This document shows positions 1-14,300 of a DNA stretch of 64,000 bases, in pieces (the stretch's first letter is position 1; every line of letters starts with the position of its first letter). Source of the DNA: Lama guanicoe (taxonomy: Eukaryota); contig MU056050.1 of assembly GCA_013239625.1 (NCBI GenBank), positions 4,401,115-4,465,114 on the forward strand, read 5' to 3'. Under the pieces are notes generated by a model. It saw only the letters and a program-made list of their open reading frames with translations, did no database searches and was not told where the DNA came from. The position numbers were made by a program, and so were the translations under genes.

Positions 1-299
1 CATTTGCTGAATCATGAAGCTACACAAGACAGGAGGTAAAGGTGTGAGGCCGAAATCTTCTAAAAAGAACAGAGCTTTCAGCAGTCGTGCTGTGCTTAAA
101 AGAAAAAGATAAGAGGTTAGGATCTGGTAGGGGATGAGGTCCCAATGAAACAACAAACTGTCAATTGAAATATCTGGAGGGTAATGCCTTAAGAACAGCA
201 ATGACTCAGAAGTAGAATCTTAGCCTTATCAAAACCACAACCTAGACTTGTATCATCTTGGTCTCTTAGCGAATTAAGGTGATCAGCTTGCCTTACGTT

Positions 300-3200
300 G
301 TCCAAAAGAAGAAAGTTTAAACCATTTCTGATTAAAGACAATGTCATCTGGAGCCTCTATGATTTTAAACAAAAGTTCTGAAACTTGTTAATAATTTTTA
401 AACATCCTAAGAGTTAGGACCAGATGCCCCAGAACAAGGGAAAAATCAAATATTAGAAACTGACACAAAGGTGGTCAAAATTTTGCAGTTAGTAGACAAC
501 AATTTTTTAAAAAAAATATGTAATTACAGTTGACCCTTGAACAACAAGATTTTGAACTAGAATTTTTTTCAATAAATACTGTACTACACAATTCACAGCT
601 AGTTGGATCCATGGATGGGGAGCACAGTATGTGGAACACTGACTATGGGACTTGAGCATCCATGTATTTTGTTATCCTCAGCTGGTCCTGGAACCAATCT
701 CCTGCAGATACTGAGGGAGATATAATATGTTCAATAAACTAATACTTTAAGAGTTTTACCATAAAAATAGAATCTATAGAAAGTGTACAAAATAGAAAAT
801 ATAGAATATAAAGATAAAATAACTGCCTTAAAATCTCAGGTAGTTGGGTTTAACAGTAAATTAAACAATGTAGAGTAAGAATAAAAAATGATGTAAAACA
901 TTAAAAAAAAGCATAAGGGACATATTGGACATATTAAAAAGTTCTAACATACCAGTAATTTGTGATCCATAAGGAAAGAAGAGAAAATTAGACAGAAACA
1001 ATATCTGAAGAGATGATGTCTGGAATTTTCCAAAACTAATGAAACCCACAGATTCAAGAATATCTGAAAATCCCAATAAAGATACATTCAATAAAAATCA
1101 CACCTAAACACATCAAGATTACACTGCCAAAAACCAAAGACAAAAACGTAAAATTTTAAAAAGCAGGTTAAGTGGCAAATGGTACATTACAATCAAAGGA
1201 ACAAGAATAAAGCTTGGCAGCTGATTTCTTAATGGAATGAAATATAAATAGATGACATACTGAAACTGAAATAAAACACATGCCAACAACCACTTATATG
1301 TGGAATTTGATAAAACAAACAAACAAACAACAAAACACCAAACTCATAGAAAAAGATCAGATTTATGGTCACCAGAGGTGGAGGATAAGGGGCTGGGGAA
1401 TTAGAGGAAAGTGGTTGAACGTTACAAACTTATAGTTAAAAGATAAATAAGTACTAGGGATGTAAAGTACAACATGATGACTATAGTTAACATAACTGCA
1501 TGATATATAGGAAAAAATGTTAAGAGAATAGAGCCTTAGAGTTCTCATTACAAGGAGAAGTTTTTTTCTTTTATTTTTATTGTGTCTATATGAGATGATG
1601 AATGTTAACTAAACCTATGGTAATAATCATTTCACAATATGTATAAATCAAGCATCATGCTTTACAACTCAAACTTACACACAATAACTAACAGAATGAG
1701 AAGATAGTAAATCAATAAGAATAGGAACAATCCAAACAACAAAATTAACTACTTGAAATATATATCATAGATATAAAAATCCTAATAATCATTAGCAAAT
1801 CAAGCCCAATGATTTACTTCAGAAATGCAAGGTAAGTTTAGTATTTGAAAAACAATAAAATTCACTGCAAAAATCATATAATTCTAATAGATGTATAAAA
1901 TACATCTTACAAAATTCAATTCTCAGTCAAGATTTTGTAAAAATCTTAACAAACTAGGAATATAAGGAAACTCTTACTTGGAAAAGGCGTATCTTCAAAA
2001 CATACAGTAAGAATCATAGTTAATGATGAAGTATTACACTTTCCCCTGAATCTGAAAACAAGAAGAGTGTGTTTAATCTCACCATTCTAGTTAACATTGC
2101 ATTAGAGTTGTTACCTAATGCAGTAAAACCAGACAAAGGAAGAAAAGGTACTGATTGAGACTGGAAAAGAATAATGAAATTTGCCTTTATTCTCAGATGA
2201 TATCATTGACTAGATAGATAATCCACGAGCTCCTATATAAAAAGTATTAGAAATGAGAAGAGTTCTACAATTTCACTGGAAGCAAGGCCAATGCAGAACT
2301 TTCCATTGTATTTCTAGATGTTGTCATTAAAGGAATAGAAAATTAAAGTTTTAAAATGTCATTTATGATATTATCAAAAATGTCAATTACCTAGGAAGAA
2401 ATTTAAGGGCAATTGTGCAAGAAGTCTGTACTAAAAACTACAAAATATTACTAACTGAGTGAAGTCCTAAATAAATAGAGGAATATACTATGTTCCTGGA
2501 ATAAAAAGCTTAATACTGTTGATATGTGAAATCTCCCCAAGTATTTCATAGATTTAATACAATTCAAATTAAACCTCCAGACTTCTTTTTAAATTGATAC
2601 GGATATGGCAAGTTCTCAAAATATGCATATGCCAAGAATATCCAAGTTTGTTTTGCAAAAGAGAATAAACCTGAAGAATTTACACTATAAATTTCAAGAT
2701 TTACTATGAAGAAAATTATTAAGAAAGTTTGGTGTTGGTACAGAGGCAGCAAATAAATTATGGAATAAAGGAAACAAACTGACTCCCACACATAATTTTC
2801 ATCAAAGACTCCACTGCTATTAATTGGGAAAAAAGAAAGAAAATGTGGTTGGTACGTTGGATATCTATATGAAAGAAATAAAATCGATCCCGTAATTGGA
2901 GATTGATCATATATCTAAACATAAGCACTGAAACAATAAAGCTTCTAGAGGAAAACATAATAGAAGAATATCTTACTGAACTTGGGGTGAGAAAAGAATT
3001 CTTTACCAACACACCAAAATCATGAATTATAAAAATTTGAAAATTATTAAATTTGACTTCATTGAAAGTCAGAACTTCTCTTTATTATAAAACACTATTA
3101 AGAAAATAAAGAAGCAAACTATGAAGTAAGAGATTTTTCAGAATACCTATATTTGACAAAGTTCTCAAAAGTTTCTCATATAGAAAAAATGAAATGCTTT

Positions 3201-5010
3201 TATAAATAAATGAGAAAAAGTGAAACCCCACTTAAAAAATAGGTAAAGGAGAGACACTTGGCAAAGAAAGAAATAAAAATGGAAGCTAAGCATGTGAAAA
3301 GGTGATAAACATCCTTACTGATCAGGATAATGCAAATGAAAACCACAATGATGTATCACCGTACACATACCAAAACGGGAAAAAAAAGTGCCAGCAGTTT
3401 TAACAACTGACAAGAATTTGGAACATCAATTGCATTTATGGACTTGTAAAATAGTACAACTTCTAAAAACCGTTAGTACCTACTATAGCCAATCATACAC
3501 CTACTTTACAGTATAGCAATTCCATTTTTGAGTATATGTCCACCATAAATAAGAGTTGATGGCCACCACAAAATATGTACAAGGATGCTCATAGTAGCTT
3601 TATACAAAATAGTCAATAACTGGAAAACATCATCCATCAACAGTAAATAGGTAAACATAATGTGCTATATTACTATAATTACCATAGCAATTTAAAAAAA
3701 CCTACTGACACATGCAGCTATACAGATGAATCTCATAAATATAATGTTGAGTGAAAAAAGTGAGAGAAAAGAATGCTTTCCACAAGATTCTATCTACATG
3801 AAGCTTAAAAACAGGCAAAACTAACGTGGTGATAAAAATCAAATAGCAGGGAAAAGGAAAATTCCAGCATGAGGGTTGGATATTTATTATATCCATATAT
3901 TATATAATATTGTATTAGGACATGATAAATTATATATCATATCATATTATAATATAGTGTATATATATGATATTATAATAAATGTGTGTTCATGGGTATG
4001 TACATACACATATATATGCACACGTGTATGAGTGTGTGTGTGTACTGTTAGTACATGATTATTTTGTTTGGAGTACCTTACTGTATATAATTTATACCTT
4101 AAAAACAAATTAGAAGATATGAGACTATTATAAATAATTGTATACATTTCTCAATTTAGATGAAATGGACAAACTACTTGGAAACCACAATCAAGTAAAA
4201 TTGCCACAGGAAGAACTAGAAAATCTTAACCATCTTAGGGCCCATAAATAAATTGAATCTGTTGTTACAAACCTTCCAACAAAAATACTCTGTGCTAGAG
4301 AGCTGTGCTGGTGAATTCTTCCAAGTATTTAAGGCGGAAAATAAAGAACAAATTTACCCAATCTCTCCTAGAGAATAGGACAAAAGGGACCATTCCCTCA
4401 TTTTTATAAGGCCAACATAATTTGATACCCAAACTGATAATAATTAACTAACAGAAATATTACAGACTTCCATCTCTCAATAATATAGATACAAAAATCC
4501 TAAATAAAATAATAATAAATTCAACCCAGGAATATATGGAAAGATAATGTAAAAGGAACAAGAAGGGATTAATTCAAGAAGGCAAAGCTGGTTTAATATG
4601 AAAAAATAGATAATTTCATGTAATGCACTGTACTTAACAGAATAAAGGACAGAATTACATGATCATTTCAAAATAGATGCAGACAGTAGCATTTGGTAAA
4701 ATTCACGACCTCAAGGACATAACATTGAAAGAAGCCAGACACAGAAGAGCACACGCTATCCCATTTTTATCAAATTCAAAACTAGGCAAAACTGGTGGTT
4801 TTAGAAGTCATCATAACGGTCCCTTTTGGTAATTGGAAGAGGGCAATGCTGACAGGAGGCATGACGGGTATTGATGTGTCGGTCTTGTTCTGTTTGCTGG
4901 GTTGTTGGTTGTTTACAAGAATGCATTGAATTTCTGAGAATTCTTTGAGCTGTGACTTGTGGTTTGTGAACATTTTTCTGTGTTATATTTCAGTAAAAAA
5001 CATTTTTAAG
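300..5010 (+). mobile_element. Nested/fragmented old L1 (ORF1, ORF2 and 3' UTR remnants), with an inserted L1 3' end at about 1290-1680
   Basis: A-rich + strand with degenerate L1 motifs (aaaatcacacctaaacacatc, ctcaccattctagttaacattgcattagag, aatgcaaatgaaaaccacaatga, gatgaaatggacaaactacttgg). No intact ORF. Confidence 0.8.
527..722. mobile_element. Tigger-family MITE (MER8/Tigger2-like) inserted in L1
   Basis: Starts ta|cagttgacccttgaacaac and ends ggtcctggaaccaatctcctgcagatactgaggga, typical Tigger2-group termini. Confidence 0.7.
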
Positions 5011-8000
5011 TAGCTTAAATTTCTAAAGGAAACTATAAAAGTGAGATGATTCTTTAAAAAGTAGGATGAAATAGGTACTCCATATTGAAAATAATTCTTA
5101 TATTGTCATATATCCCAGCTACAGACTTTGAAGCATGTTAGGAAGATTAAAGGTTAGTGAATACCAGTTTGTCTGTCATGAAGTACTACTTAAGAGAACA
5201 TACTCTGATTCCACTGCTAGGTATAAAGGGGTTGGAGAGTTTTTCTAAAGCATTCTTCAAAGTTCAGAAGCCTTCTATTTTTAAGGGGCCTATTATGTTT
5301 CTGAGGATACATATTTTAAAATGAGTATCATAGGATGATAGAAATAAATGTTTAAAATTTCATATAGCTTCTAAATTTTTTAAAAACCTCTTTAAGTGTA
5401 AATGCCTGGCAGACCATTTTATAAATCAATCTTGAAACATATAAAGAAACATGTGAGATGCTAAGATTTTACATTTCTGTGTAAAAACTAATACTCATCC
5501 AATCCAATAACATTTCTCAGTGAAGTAAAATATACAGTGAGAGCCACATTACATTATTTATATTTTAGAAGAATGAAATTTATTATTTAAATGTTGAGTT
5601 TTCTTACTCTTTTGGTTAAAATTAATTGAACATACACTATGTTCCATGTACTTTTCCAGGTTCTGAGGATGCATAAGCAAATTTAGCTGAGATAAATTCC
5701 CCAGACTGTCCACTAGCAAGTAGGAATATGAACATCACAGCCAAAGCTGGAGTCTAAAATGATGTTAAGCATTTAATCATACCTGGCTTTCTTCTGTGCA
5801 ATTTGCTCACAAGAAATGAGCAAAGTGAGCTCTAAGAGATTCCAAAATCGGAAGCTCAATCACTAAAAGCAGCTGTTCCCAAATTTTAAAGGACACCCAA
5901 ATCTCTGATACTATTGTTTAAATGAGTATTTGTGGGCACAGCCACGAATCTGCATTTGGTTTGATTTGGTTTGGTTTGGTTAAGATCCTGGATAACTTTC
6001 GTACAGCTCATTCTAGGATCATATTTGCAGAAATACTGACCTCCACAAAGGAAGCAAGTATCCAAAGACTGAACAAAAGTTAAACTCCATTTTCTTTTCA
6101 TCCAGTTTTATTTCTAGCTTGCAGGAAAATATGAGTGATTCAAAATTTATTGTGGTTTTTATTTCCATTTGCAGTTAAAAATACAAAGGGAACAAATTAA
6201 GTTTCTCATCTGATAGGCTCACAGACAATATTTTAAAGATATTTGCAAAAAATAAAGCAAAAAGAACTAAAATGTAGTTTGTATATTTGCCCGAGGCATT
6301 TTTTTTTATGATCTTAAAAATTCATCCTCATTTACCCTCTTAAGAGAAATTAAAGACACATACAAAGAAAGAATGTCTGGGAAAAAAGCCACGACTAGCA
6401 ATGACCTGTTGGAAAATGATAAACATTTTAAATTACTACCATGTTTATCAAGTTTTCTATATCTCCAAATCCATAGAACCATGACTAGTATTTTATGTCT
6501 CAAAAGTATACTTCCATAAATTGTTTTAATAATTTTATACTTAGATATGATCATAATAGTTGCTCTTTGAATGATGCTTCCTTTTGCAACTGTTAATTTC
6601 TTGCTATAGTCCTCATCTTTTGAATTTTGAGGTTGTTGAGAACTAGTTTAACTGAGTAAAGTGCTATATCATTTTTTGTTGCCCTGTTGAGTACATAAAC
6701 ATTTTCTATATGGATCCAACTCATACCTTTAATAGTTTATGAAAAACATCCACTTTGTACAGGCTAAATAAAAATCTATGTAAAGACCAATAAAAATATT
6801 TTACATAATCATCTCAAGTCTAAGTACAGTTACATACATAAGCATTCCTATTTTACACTAACTTCTGGCTCCCGTTCATAAATGGGCTTTATAATTTTAC
6901 AAGTTCTGTATCTCATTAAAAACATATCAACTTATTTTTGGAAAATGTGATTCCAAGAAGATGTTGAAAGTACAATTGACATAGAACAGTGAATAAATAA
7001 CACCTTTATTTAATAGATAATATAAAACAAACCTAGTAGGTAGGAGTTACACAATGGGGGCTATTTAATGCTGAGTTGTGGGATATAAAACAATGTTTGC
7101 AATTCACTTTGAGGAGTAAGTCACTCCTAGATGTCAGATGCTTGGTGATGTATTTTAGCATGGTGGACAGAAATACCTAGGGAATTCCTACATAAAGCCA
7201 TATCTCAAAACCTGAGTGGTGTCACAGTCAGTAATGGTGGAAATTTGAGAGATGAGATAGTATATGAGTGTATGGACATTTGTAAAAATGGATGAGTAGT
7301 GGCTGCATTACATAAAAGAGTCCTGAAGATGATCTTAATCTAAGCCAACATTTCCCAAACTCCCCATTGAGATACGATTTAGTGCCTTGAATCAATACAA
7401 TATCTCATGTATTTCAAAACAATTACTACTAATACTCAGGGAATAAACTGATCATCTGGTAGGATCAGGTACATTGATTCATAATGTCTTTAAATTTTTA
7501 GAAATAAAACCAAGTGATGCTAGTGAAAACACCACTTTTCCTATTGCTATATTTGTTTGGGTTTAAAATAAATTTTTCTTCTAGGGATTCAGTCATTTCA
7601 TGTTTGTTGCGTATTTGAACCAAAAAAGAAAAATATCACTTTCTGCAAAATGAGATCATGCATCTGTAAAGGGTTAAATTAAATAGAATGTTAGTTTTCT
7701 GGGTTTCTTCTAATTAAAAAATGAGCCAATAAAGGTGAAAAAGATAAAGCATCCTTTTTATGCCAGGATATCATTGCTATTCTCAGTACTATACACAATG
7801 TGATGCTAAGCAACTATTGAGGAATTAATATGGTGAATATCTAATTTGACTCTACTAATATTACCAAAGGTGAGTGGAAAAGCAGGTGGCCTTCCTGGAA
7901 TTTTTCAAGCAAACAACATGTTACTAGAACCCATAAATTAGAATATACTAAGTAGAATTCCCTCTCTTAATCCAATATACCAACTGTTGAAGGTAAAAAG

Positions 8001-9294
8001 AATGTTAACAATATCAAGAAGTGTGTATATGAAAAATATCCGATTCCGTTATATATATACAGATATTGCCATTCTCATTTATAATGAAGTGAGATGCTCC
8101 TAACCATCAAGAAAGCCAAATAAATCTCATTTTGACATAAAATAATCAGAAAATCAATTTGTTAAAAATATATTAGGCATTTATTGTGTCATTTACTTTA
8201 TTGAAGAGTAAAAATTCAAAAAATATGGTCTCATAAGATGCTTACAATATTAGAAATATATAAGTAAATTGCTAATAACAGTAAAGTGTGATTAAAGTTT
8301 GGGATTTAGCATTTCATTCATAACTGGCTGTAAAGAGATCTTTAAAACAGGGGAAAATACTAGCCATTATAAAACATTGCAACATATGTAAACATAGATG
8401 GTAAATCAAAGAGGTTGAAAATTCCTTGGCATCCTAATTTTATATATTCCTGTGTATTTTTTCTGATTATAAATTCATTAAAAATTTTAAGGCTCTTAAA
8501 TGAGACTAGACCTTTCCAGATACACAGAATTTTAAGATGGCCATTTTACAATGGTTTACTCTCTGAAATAGTCGGTTATTTACTGATAGGTTAAATAGCT
8601 TCTTGCTTATTATGTAATTTGACCTGTAAAACAGACTGGATAGCAAGAGGCAGTTTGTTTCATCCATTATTTAAAACAGATTTTCTGGCAGCACACTCTA
8701 ACATTGAGTTTAAAATTAGTTTCAGGTGTTGAAACTTTCTATGATGTTTTGCTCCATCAACTGCCACTGAAAGTGACATGTCCTCTATTTATAACTTACT
8801 TTATCTCCCAAGACACCTCTAAGAAACTTCAGGCTAAGGTCAATTGTAAAAAACTTATATCCATGTGCAGAATATAATTACTAGCTATTTTTTAAATTAA
8901 ATTTTTACTATAGGTGTTTCCCCTCAAAATACACCAAGGATAGAATTTAAGATATAACTTTTCCCTTACATCTAGTTAGGAATATTAGGTGTGTTAAAAT
9001 AAATAAATTGGAGATTAAATATATTTAGAATTTTTAAAAAGTTGTAATTCAAATTTTTGAATTATCCAACTAGTACATTTTTAAGAAAAATATATAAAGA
9101 AAACAGATTTTCTATGTTTGATATATTTCAAGACTCCCTTGCCCATACTTCAATCATCATGATTTGTTCCAAGAATAATCATAGATATATGTTCTGTTCC
9201 ACATGTAGTATACTACTAATACTTTAGGATTGGGCTGGAATGTTTGTATACATCAATTATATATTGAAACAAGTTTAAAATCAGCCCTGATGCC

Positions 9295-10035
9295 TCAAAC
9301 CCCATTAGGATGGCCACTGTCAAAAAAACAAAAACAAAAACAAAACCACAAAATAACAGATATTGATGAGGATATGGAGAAATTGGAACTCTTGTGCAAA
9401 GTTGGTGGGAATGTAAAGTGGTTTAGCTACTATGTAAAAAGGAAACTAAAAACAGAATTACTGTAAGACTCAGCATTTTAATTTCTGGGTATATATCCAA
9501 AATAATTGAAAGTGGAGTTTGGAGGAGATATTTGCACATCCGTGTTCATAGCAGCATTATTCATGATAGCCAAAAGGTGAAAGCAACCCAAGTGACCATC
9601 AATGGATGGATCAATAAAATGTGATATATCCATACAACAGAATATTATTCAGTCTTAAAAAGGAAGGAAGCTTTGACACATGACACAACGTGGATGAACC
9701 TTGAGGAAATTATACTAAGTGAAATAAGCTAGCTACAAAAAAAAGAAAGAAATATTGTAGGATTTCACTTATATGAGGTACCTAGACTAGTCAAATTCAG
9801 AGAAACAGAGAGTAGAATGGTGGTTTTCAGGAGCTGATGGAGAGGGAGGGATGGAAAATTCTTGTTTAATGGGTGTAGAGTTCAATGGGTACAAGATGAC
9901 AAAGACCTGGAGATTAGTTGCCCAATGTGAATGTACTTAACACGACTGAACTGGACACTTAAAAATGCATAAGATGGTAAATTTTATGTTATGTGTGTTT
10001 TACCACAATTGAAAAAAATTAATTAAAAAAAAAAA
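9295..10035 (+). mobile_element. 5'-truncated L1 (L1MB-like) ORF2 end and 3' UTR
   Basis: cccattaggatggc...gaggatatggagaaattggaac...gtggatgaaccttgagga...ttttaccacaat followed by an A-tail. Confidence 0.85.
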
Positions 10036-10261
10036 CCCTAATCTTTAAGAAGGCAACTAAGAAACCATTTTTCATTCTTCTTATTTCTGGAGCCACAGTC
10101 AGTCTAGCATGATCATGTTGAAACAGTCTTTTTTTAAAAAACTGATTTGGGGGAATAACCCAAGTTTTTAAAATGTTAAAGTAGTGAGAAAGGGCAAAGC
10201 ATTATTTACCATCCCCTAGGAGTATCCATAAGCCTTTGCTTAGGACAATCTTCATAAAGTA

Positions 10262-10381
10262 AGCAGCAAAGGAAACCACAAGCAAAACAAAAGGACAACC
10301 TACAGAATGGGAGAAAATGTTTGCAAAAGATGAATCTGACAAGGGCTTAATTTCCAGAATATATAAACTGTTCATACAACT

Positions 10382-10428
<47 letters not shown>

Positions 10429-11362
10429 CCCCAATCCAAAAATGGGCAGAAGACCTAGACAAGCAATTCTCCAATGAAGACATACAAATGGCCAATAAGC
10501 ACGTGAAAAAATGCTCACTGATGCTAATTATCAAAAAATGCAAATCAAAAGTACAATGAGGTATCACCTCACACCAGTCAGACAGCCATCATTCAAAAGT
10601 CTACAAACAATAAATGCTAGAGAGGGTATGGAGAAAAGTGAACCATCCTACACTATTGCTGGGAATGTAGTCTGGTTGCAGCTGTAATGGAACATAGTAT
10701 GGAGATTCCTCAAAAAATGAAAAATAGACTTATCATATGATCTGACAATATCCAGAAGGAACCTTAATTCAAGAAGATACATGCACCCCAATGTTCATAG
10801 CAGCACTATTTACAATAGCCAAGACATGGAAACAACCTAAATATCCATTGACAGATGACTGGATAAAGAAGCAGTGGTATATTTATACAATGGAATACTA
10901 CTCTGCCACAAAAATAATAAATTAATGCCATTTACAGCAACATGGATGGACCTGGAGATCATCATACTAAGTGAAGTAAGCCAGAAAGAGAAAGAAAAAT
11001 ACCATGATACCACTTATATGTGGAATCTAAAAAAAAAAAAAGATACAAATGAACTTATTTACAAAACAGAAACAGACTCAGACATAGAAAACAAACTTAT
11101 GGTTACCAGTGGGGGAAGGGGATAGGAAGGGATAAATTAAGAGTTCAAGATTTGCAGATACTAACTACTATATATAAAATATATAAACAACAAGGTACTA
11201 CTGTATAGCACAGGGAACTATATTCAATATCTTGTAGTAACTTTTAATGAAAAAAGAATATGAAATGAGTATATATATGTATACATATGACTGAAACATT
11301 ATGCTGTACACCAGAAACTGACACAACAGTGTAGACTAACTATACTTCAGTTAAAAAAAAAA
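10262..11362 (+). mobile_element. Younger cetartiodactyl-type L1, 3' portion
   Basis: ORF2 C-terminal remnant (ORF track 10874-11125, ...MPFTATWMDLEIIILSEVSQKEK), then 3' UTR ctgtatagcacagggaactatattcaatatcttgt and a poly(A). Confidence 0.9.
10384..10428 (+). repeat. (AAT)15 microsatellite inside L1
   Basis: Perfect trinucleotide run, counted directly. Confidence 0.97.
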
Positions 11363-14300
11363 GACCTGAGAGAAAGGAAAAAGCTCCTTTAGACATGACA
11401 TATGAGGGTATCGTAGAATTTGCTCTGGCTTGTGATAAATATATACAGAATAAATCAAATTACAGGATGCCCTATTTTAAGAAATCCCATTTTCTACACA
11501 AATGAAAGAGGGCTTAATTTATCACATTCTGAAAGTATCCTTTAATATTCTTTGAAATAGGGGATTCCATTACATCACTTAGCTTCTATTTGGAGACGAA
11601 AGTACTTGCCTCAGAGGTGGAGGCAGTGGCAACGTGTTAGAAACCACTACCAATTGGAAATCAATCCATAATAAAGATGACACTTCTGAAATTACAATGT
11701 AAATCAATAAGGGAATATATGATTCCATTTTCAAAAATGTGCTTCATGTACAGATGTCAAGGAATGCGTCTATTGTGTAAAACGGGGTCTAGTTTTAGTC
11801 ATATGTGGCATAATTCAAAAACAAAACACACTCACCCCTATAGCTCTGGGTTAGTAAGGAAGGAGGAACAAAAACGAGCCATTTCTGAGTTGCTGGGGGA
11901 TGCTATTTGATAAATTTACCAGGAGCCTAGAGGAAACTAAACTTTCTGCCCTCTGACTGGAACATTCAAGTTTATCATTTGTGTGTAACATAAAAGGGCA
12001 ATTTAGATGTTAAAATTTAATCAACATGAAACATTAATGCCTTAGGTTGAAACAGAGAATGGCACAATAATGGCATTAGATAGGGTGAAAATAGCACCAT
12101 TACTCTCATTGACATCATCAATGTGTTTGCTTCAGTGAACTGTACCTCCAAAATGGAAAAACAAAAAAGTCATTTATAAGGAAGGTACCATCAATATTTA
12201 GCTTTCTTCTTGCCCAACTGGAGAATGACCTATATTCTCCAAAGGATGCAAAAACATCTAACTAAAATACAGATTTTTGTTTATTTAAAACAGCAACACT
12301 AGTTTGATTTCCCTGATCTTTTGGTTAGTAGGATTGCACTGGGGAAATTTAAAAGTTGATCATTACCAAATGAAAAGATGAAGTATTACTTTTGGGGGTC
12401 ACTAAGTAGTGTTTAATATTCACTAAACAAACATCCATCTGATCATTCACCTAGAAGTCATTAATTATATGTGCAGACAAATAATAATGCATATATAAAT
12501 ATACAGATGTGCAGACCTATTAAATATAGCTGGGTTTTGGAATGAGAACCAGAAGACCTAGATTTTGAGATACTGCACCTGTCCCAGTCTCTCCCAAGTA
12601 CCATTTCTACAGTGATGATTCCCACATCTGTATCTCTAGCCCTAGCTTCTCTTATGAGCTCCAGATCCATATTTCTAACTACCAACCAGACATTTCTATC
12701 TAGAAACCTCACAGGCACTTCAAATTCCAAAGGTCAAACTTTAAGAGTCCTATATGTATGTATGTGCTCACACATTCCAGACACTCACAATGTACTTTCA
12801 AACCAATATTAACACACTTTTTCCACTCTTATTTTACTTTCCATACCCAGCTCAAGCATTGCCTCTTCTGGGAGCTCTCCCTGACCTTTCTAGCAGAATT
12901 AATTGTTATTCTCTCCATATTATCAATGTACTTTGTATATACCCTTAATGCTATATTTATCTTTTCTTGTCATTAGTGAATTTTTATAATTAATGTATTA
13001 GGTTTCTTTCTCCTCTGCTACATCATAAGCCTTTACGGCAGATGTCTTGTTTTGTTGTTGCTGTCGCATTTTGTGTTTGAATGGATTAACTGGAAAACAC
13101 TCAAATAAAAAGGTTGTTTTTTTTTTCAAGGAAATTCTGTTTCAGTAGGTCTCAGTTGAGAGTTGAGCATCTTTCACTTTTAAAATATGTACAAGTGGCT
13201 TTGATATGCTCCAATATCTGAACATCACTGAACATCTAGACAATAAACATTTATAATTCACTTGTTTTAAGGTTTAAGTATACACTCTTATATTGGGTTA
13301 AATGTCTGCTATGTAATTCTAATGATTTCTGGTGACGGGAAGAATTTCCTGAGTGGTGCATCAAATCACTCATTTTGAGTTTCAACCTGGACACATTAAA
13401 AAACATCCTGAATAATAGTTATAATCAGTATTTATTGCCATGGAAAGATGGAATCATTAACTGGAAAAAGCAAATTACAAACTAACCTGTGCAAAATATT
13501 CTCATTTTAGTAGTGACTACATAGATGGGTACATATATGTAGAGAAAACAATTTTTGGAGAAATATTCACTGAGTTGTTAAAATAGTCATCTCTGGCTGG
13601 TGGAAATGAGGTTGTTTTGTTTTCTTACATTTTTGCTTTTCTGTATGTCCAACTTTCCACAATGTATATAAAAATTTCCTTGTAAAACTGTAATAATCAA
13701 GTAAGAAAAAATACTCACGCTCTCTAACAGAATTGGTAAGAATCTAGAGAGAAAGAGAACTACTATCAATCGAGCACTTGTGTGTATCAGGCAGAGTGCT
13801 AAATGCTCGGAGTAGAAAGATTACTAAAAGAAGGTCAGGTTTAGGGAAGTTTGGTAACACACCCATGTTTATTCAGTAAGCAAATAATAGAGCTGGGATT
13901 CAAACCCAGGCTTTTCTGATTCTAAAATAATATTTATTCCATTTCATCTTGATGTGCCAGATCCAGTATCAGCCCTCTACAAAACTGTTAAGTCATCAGT
14001 TTCTGTTGCCCTACCTGGCTTACTCCATGCTGTGAACTGCCGTGATCGTTACCACCCGGCCCGTTTCAGGGTATTCTTCATCCATCAACCTAATCCATGT
14101 TACATTCGAGAACATTCTGGTCAACTAATCTGATATAATAATCAACGCCAAGGAATTAGCACATTAGTCATTGCACTGGACATCCCAGCACCATACATGT
14201 GCAGACTGTTGTGCTAGGTGTTAGGATGCCAGTTCACATTCAAATAGAGGAGAGGGGGAGTTAAATGTTAACGGCATTACAATCTGAGGTAATCTAAGAT

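Noticed and set aside
10382..10567. ORF ending in poly-Tyr
   Set aside because: Translation of the (AAT)15 microsatellite in antisense L1.
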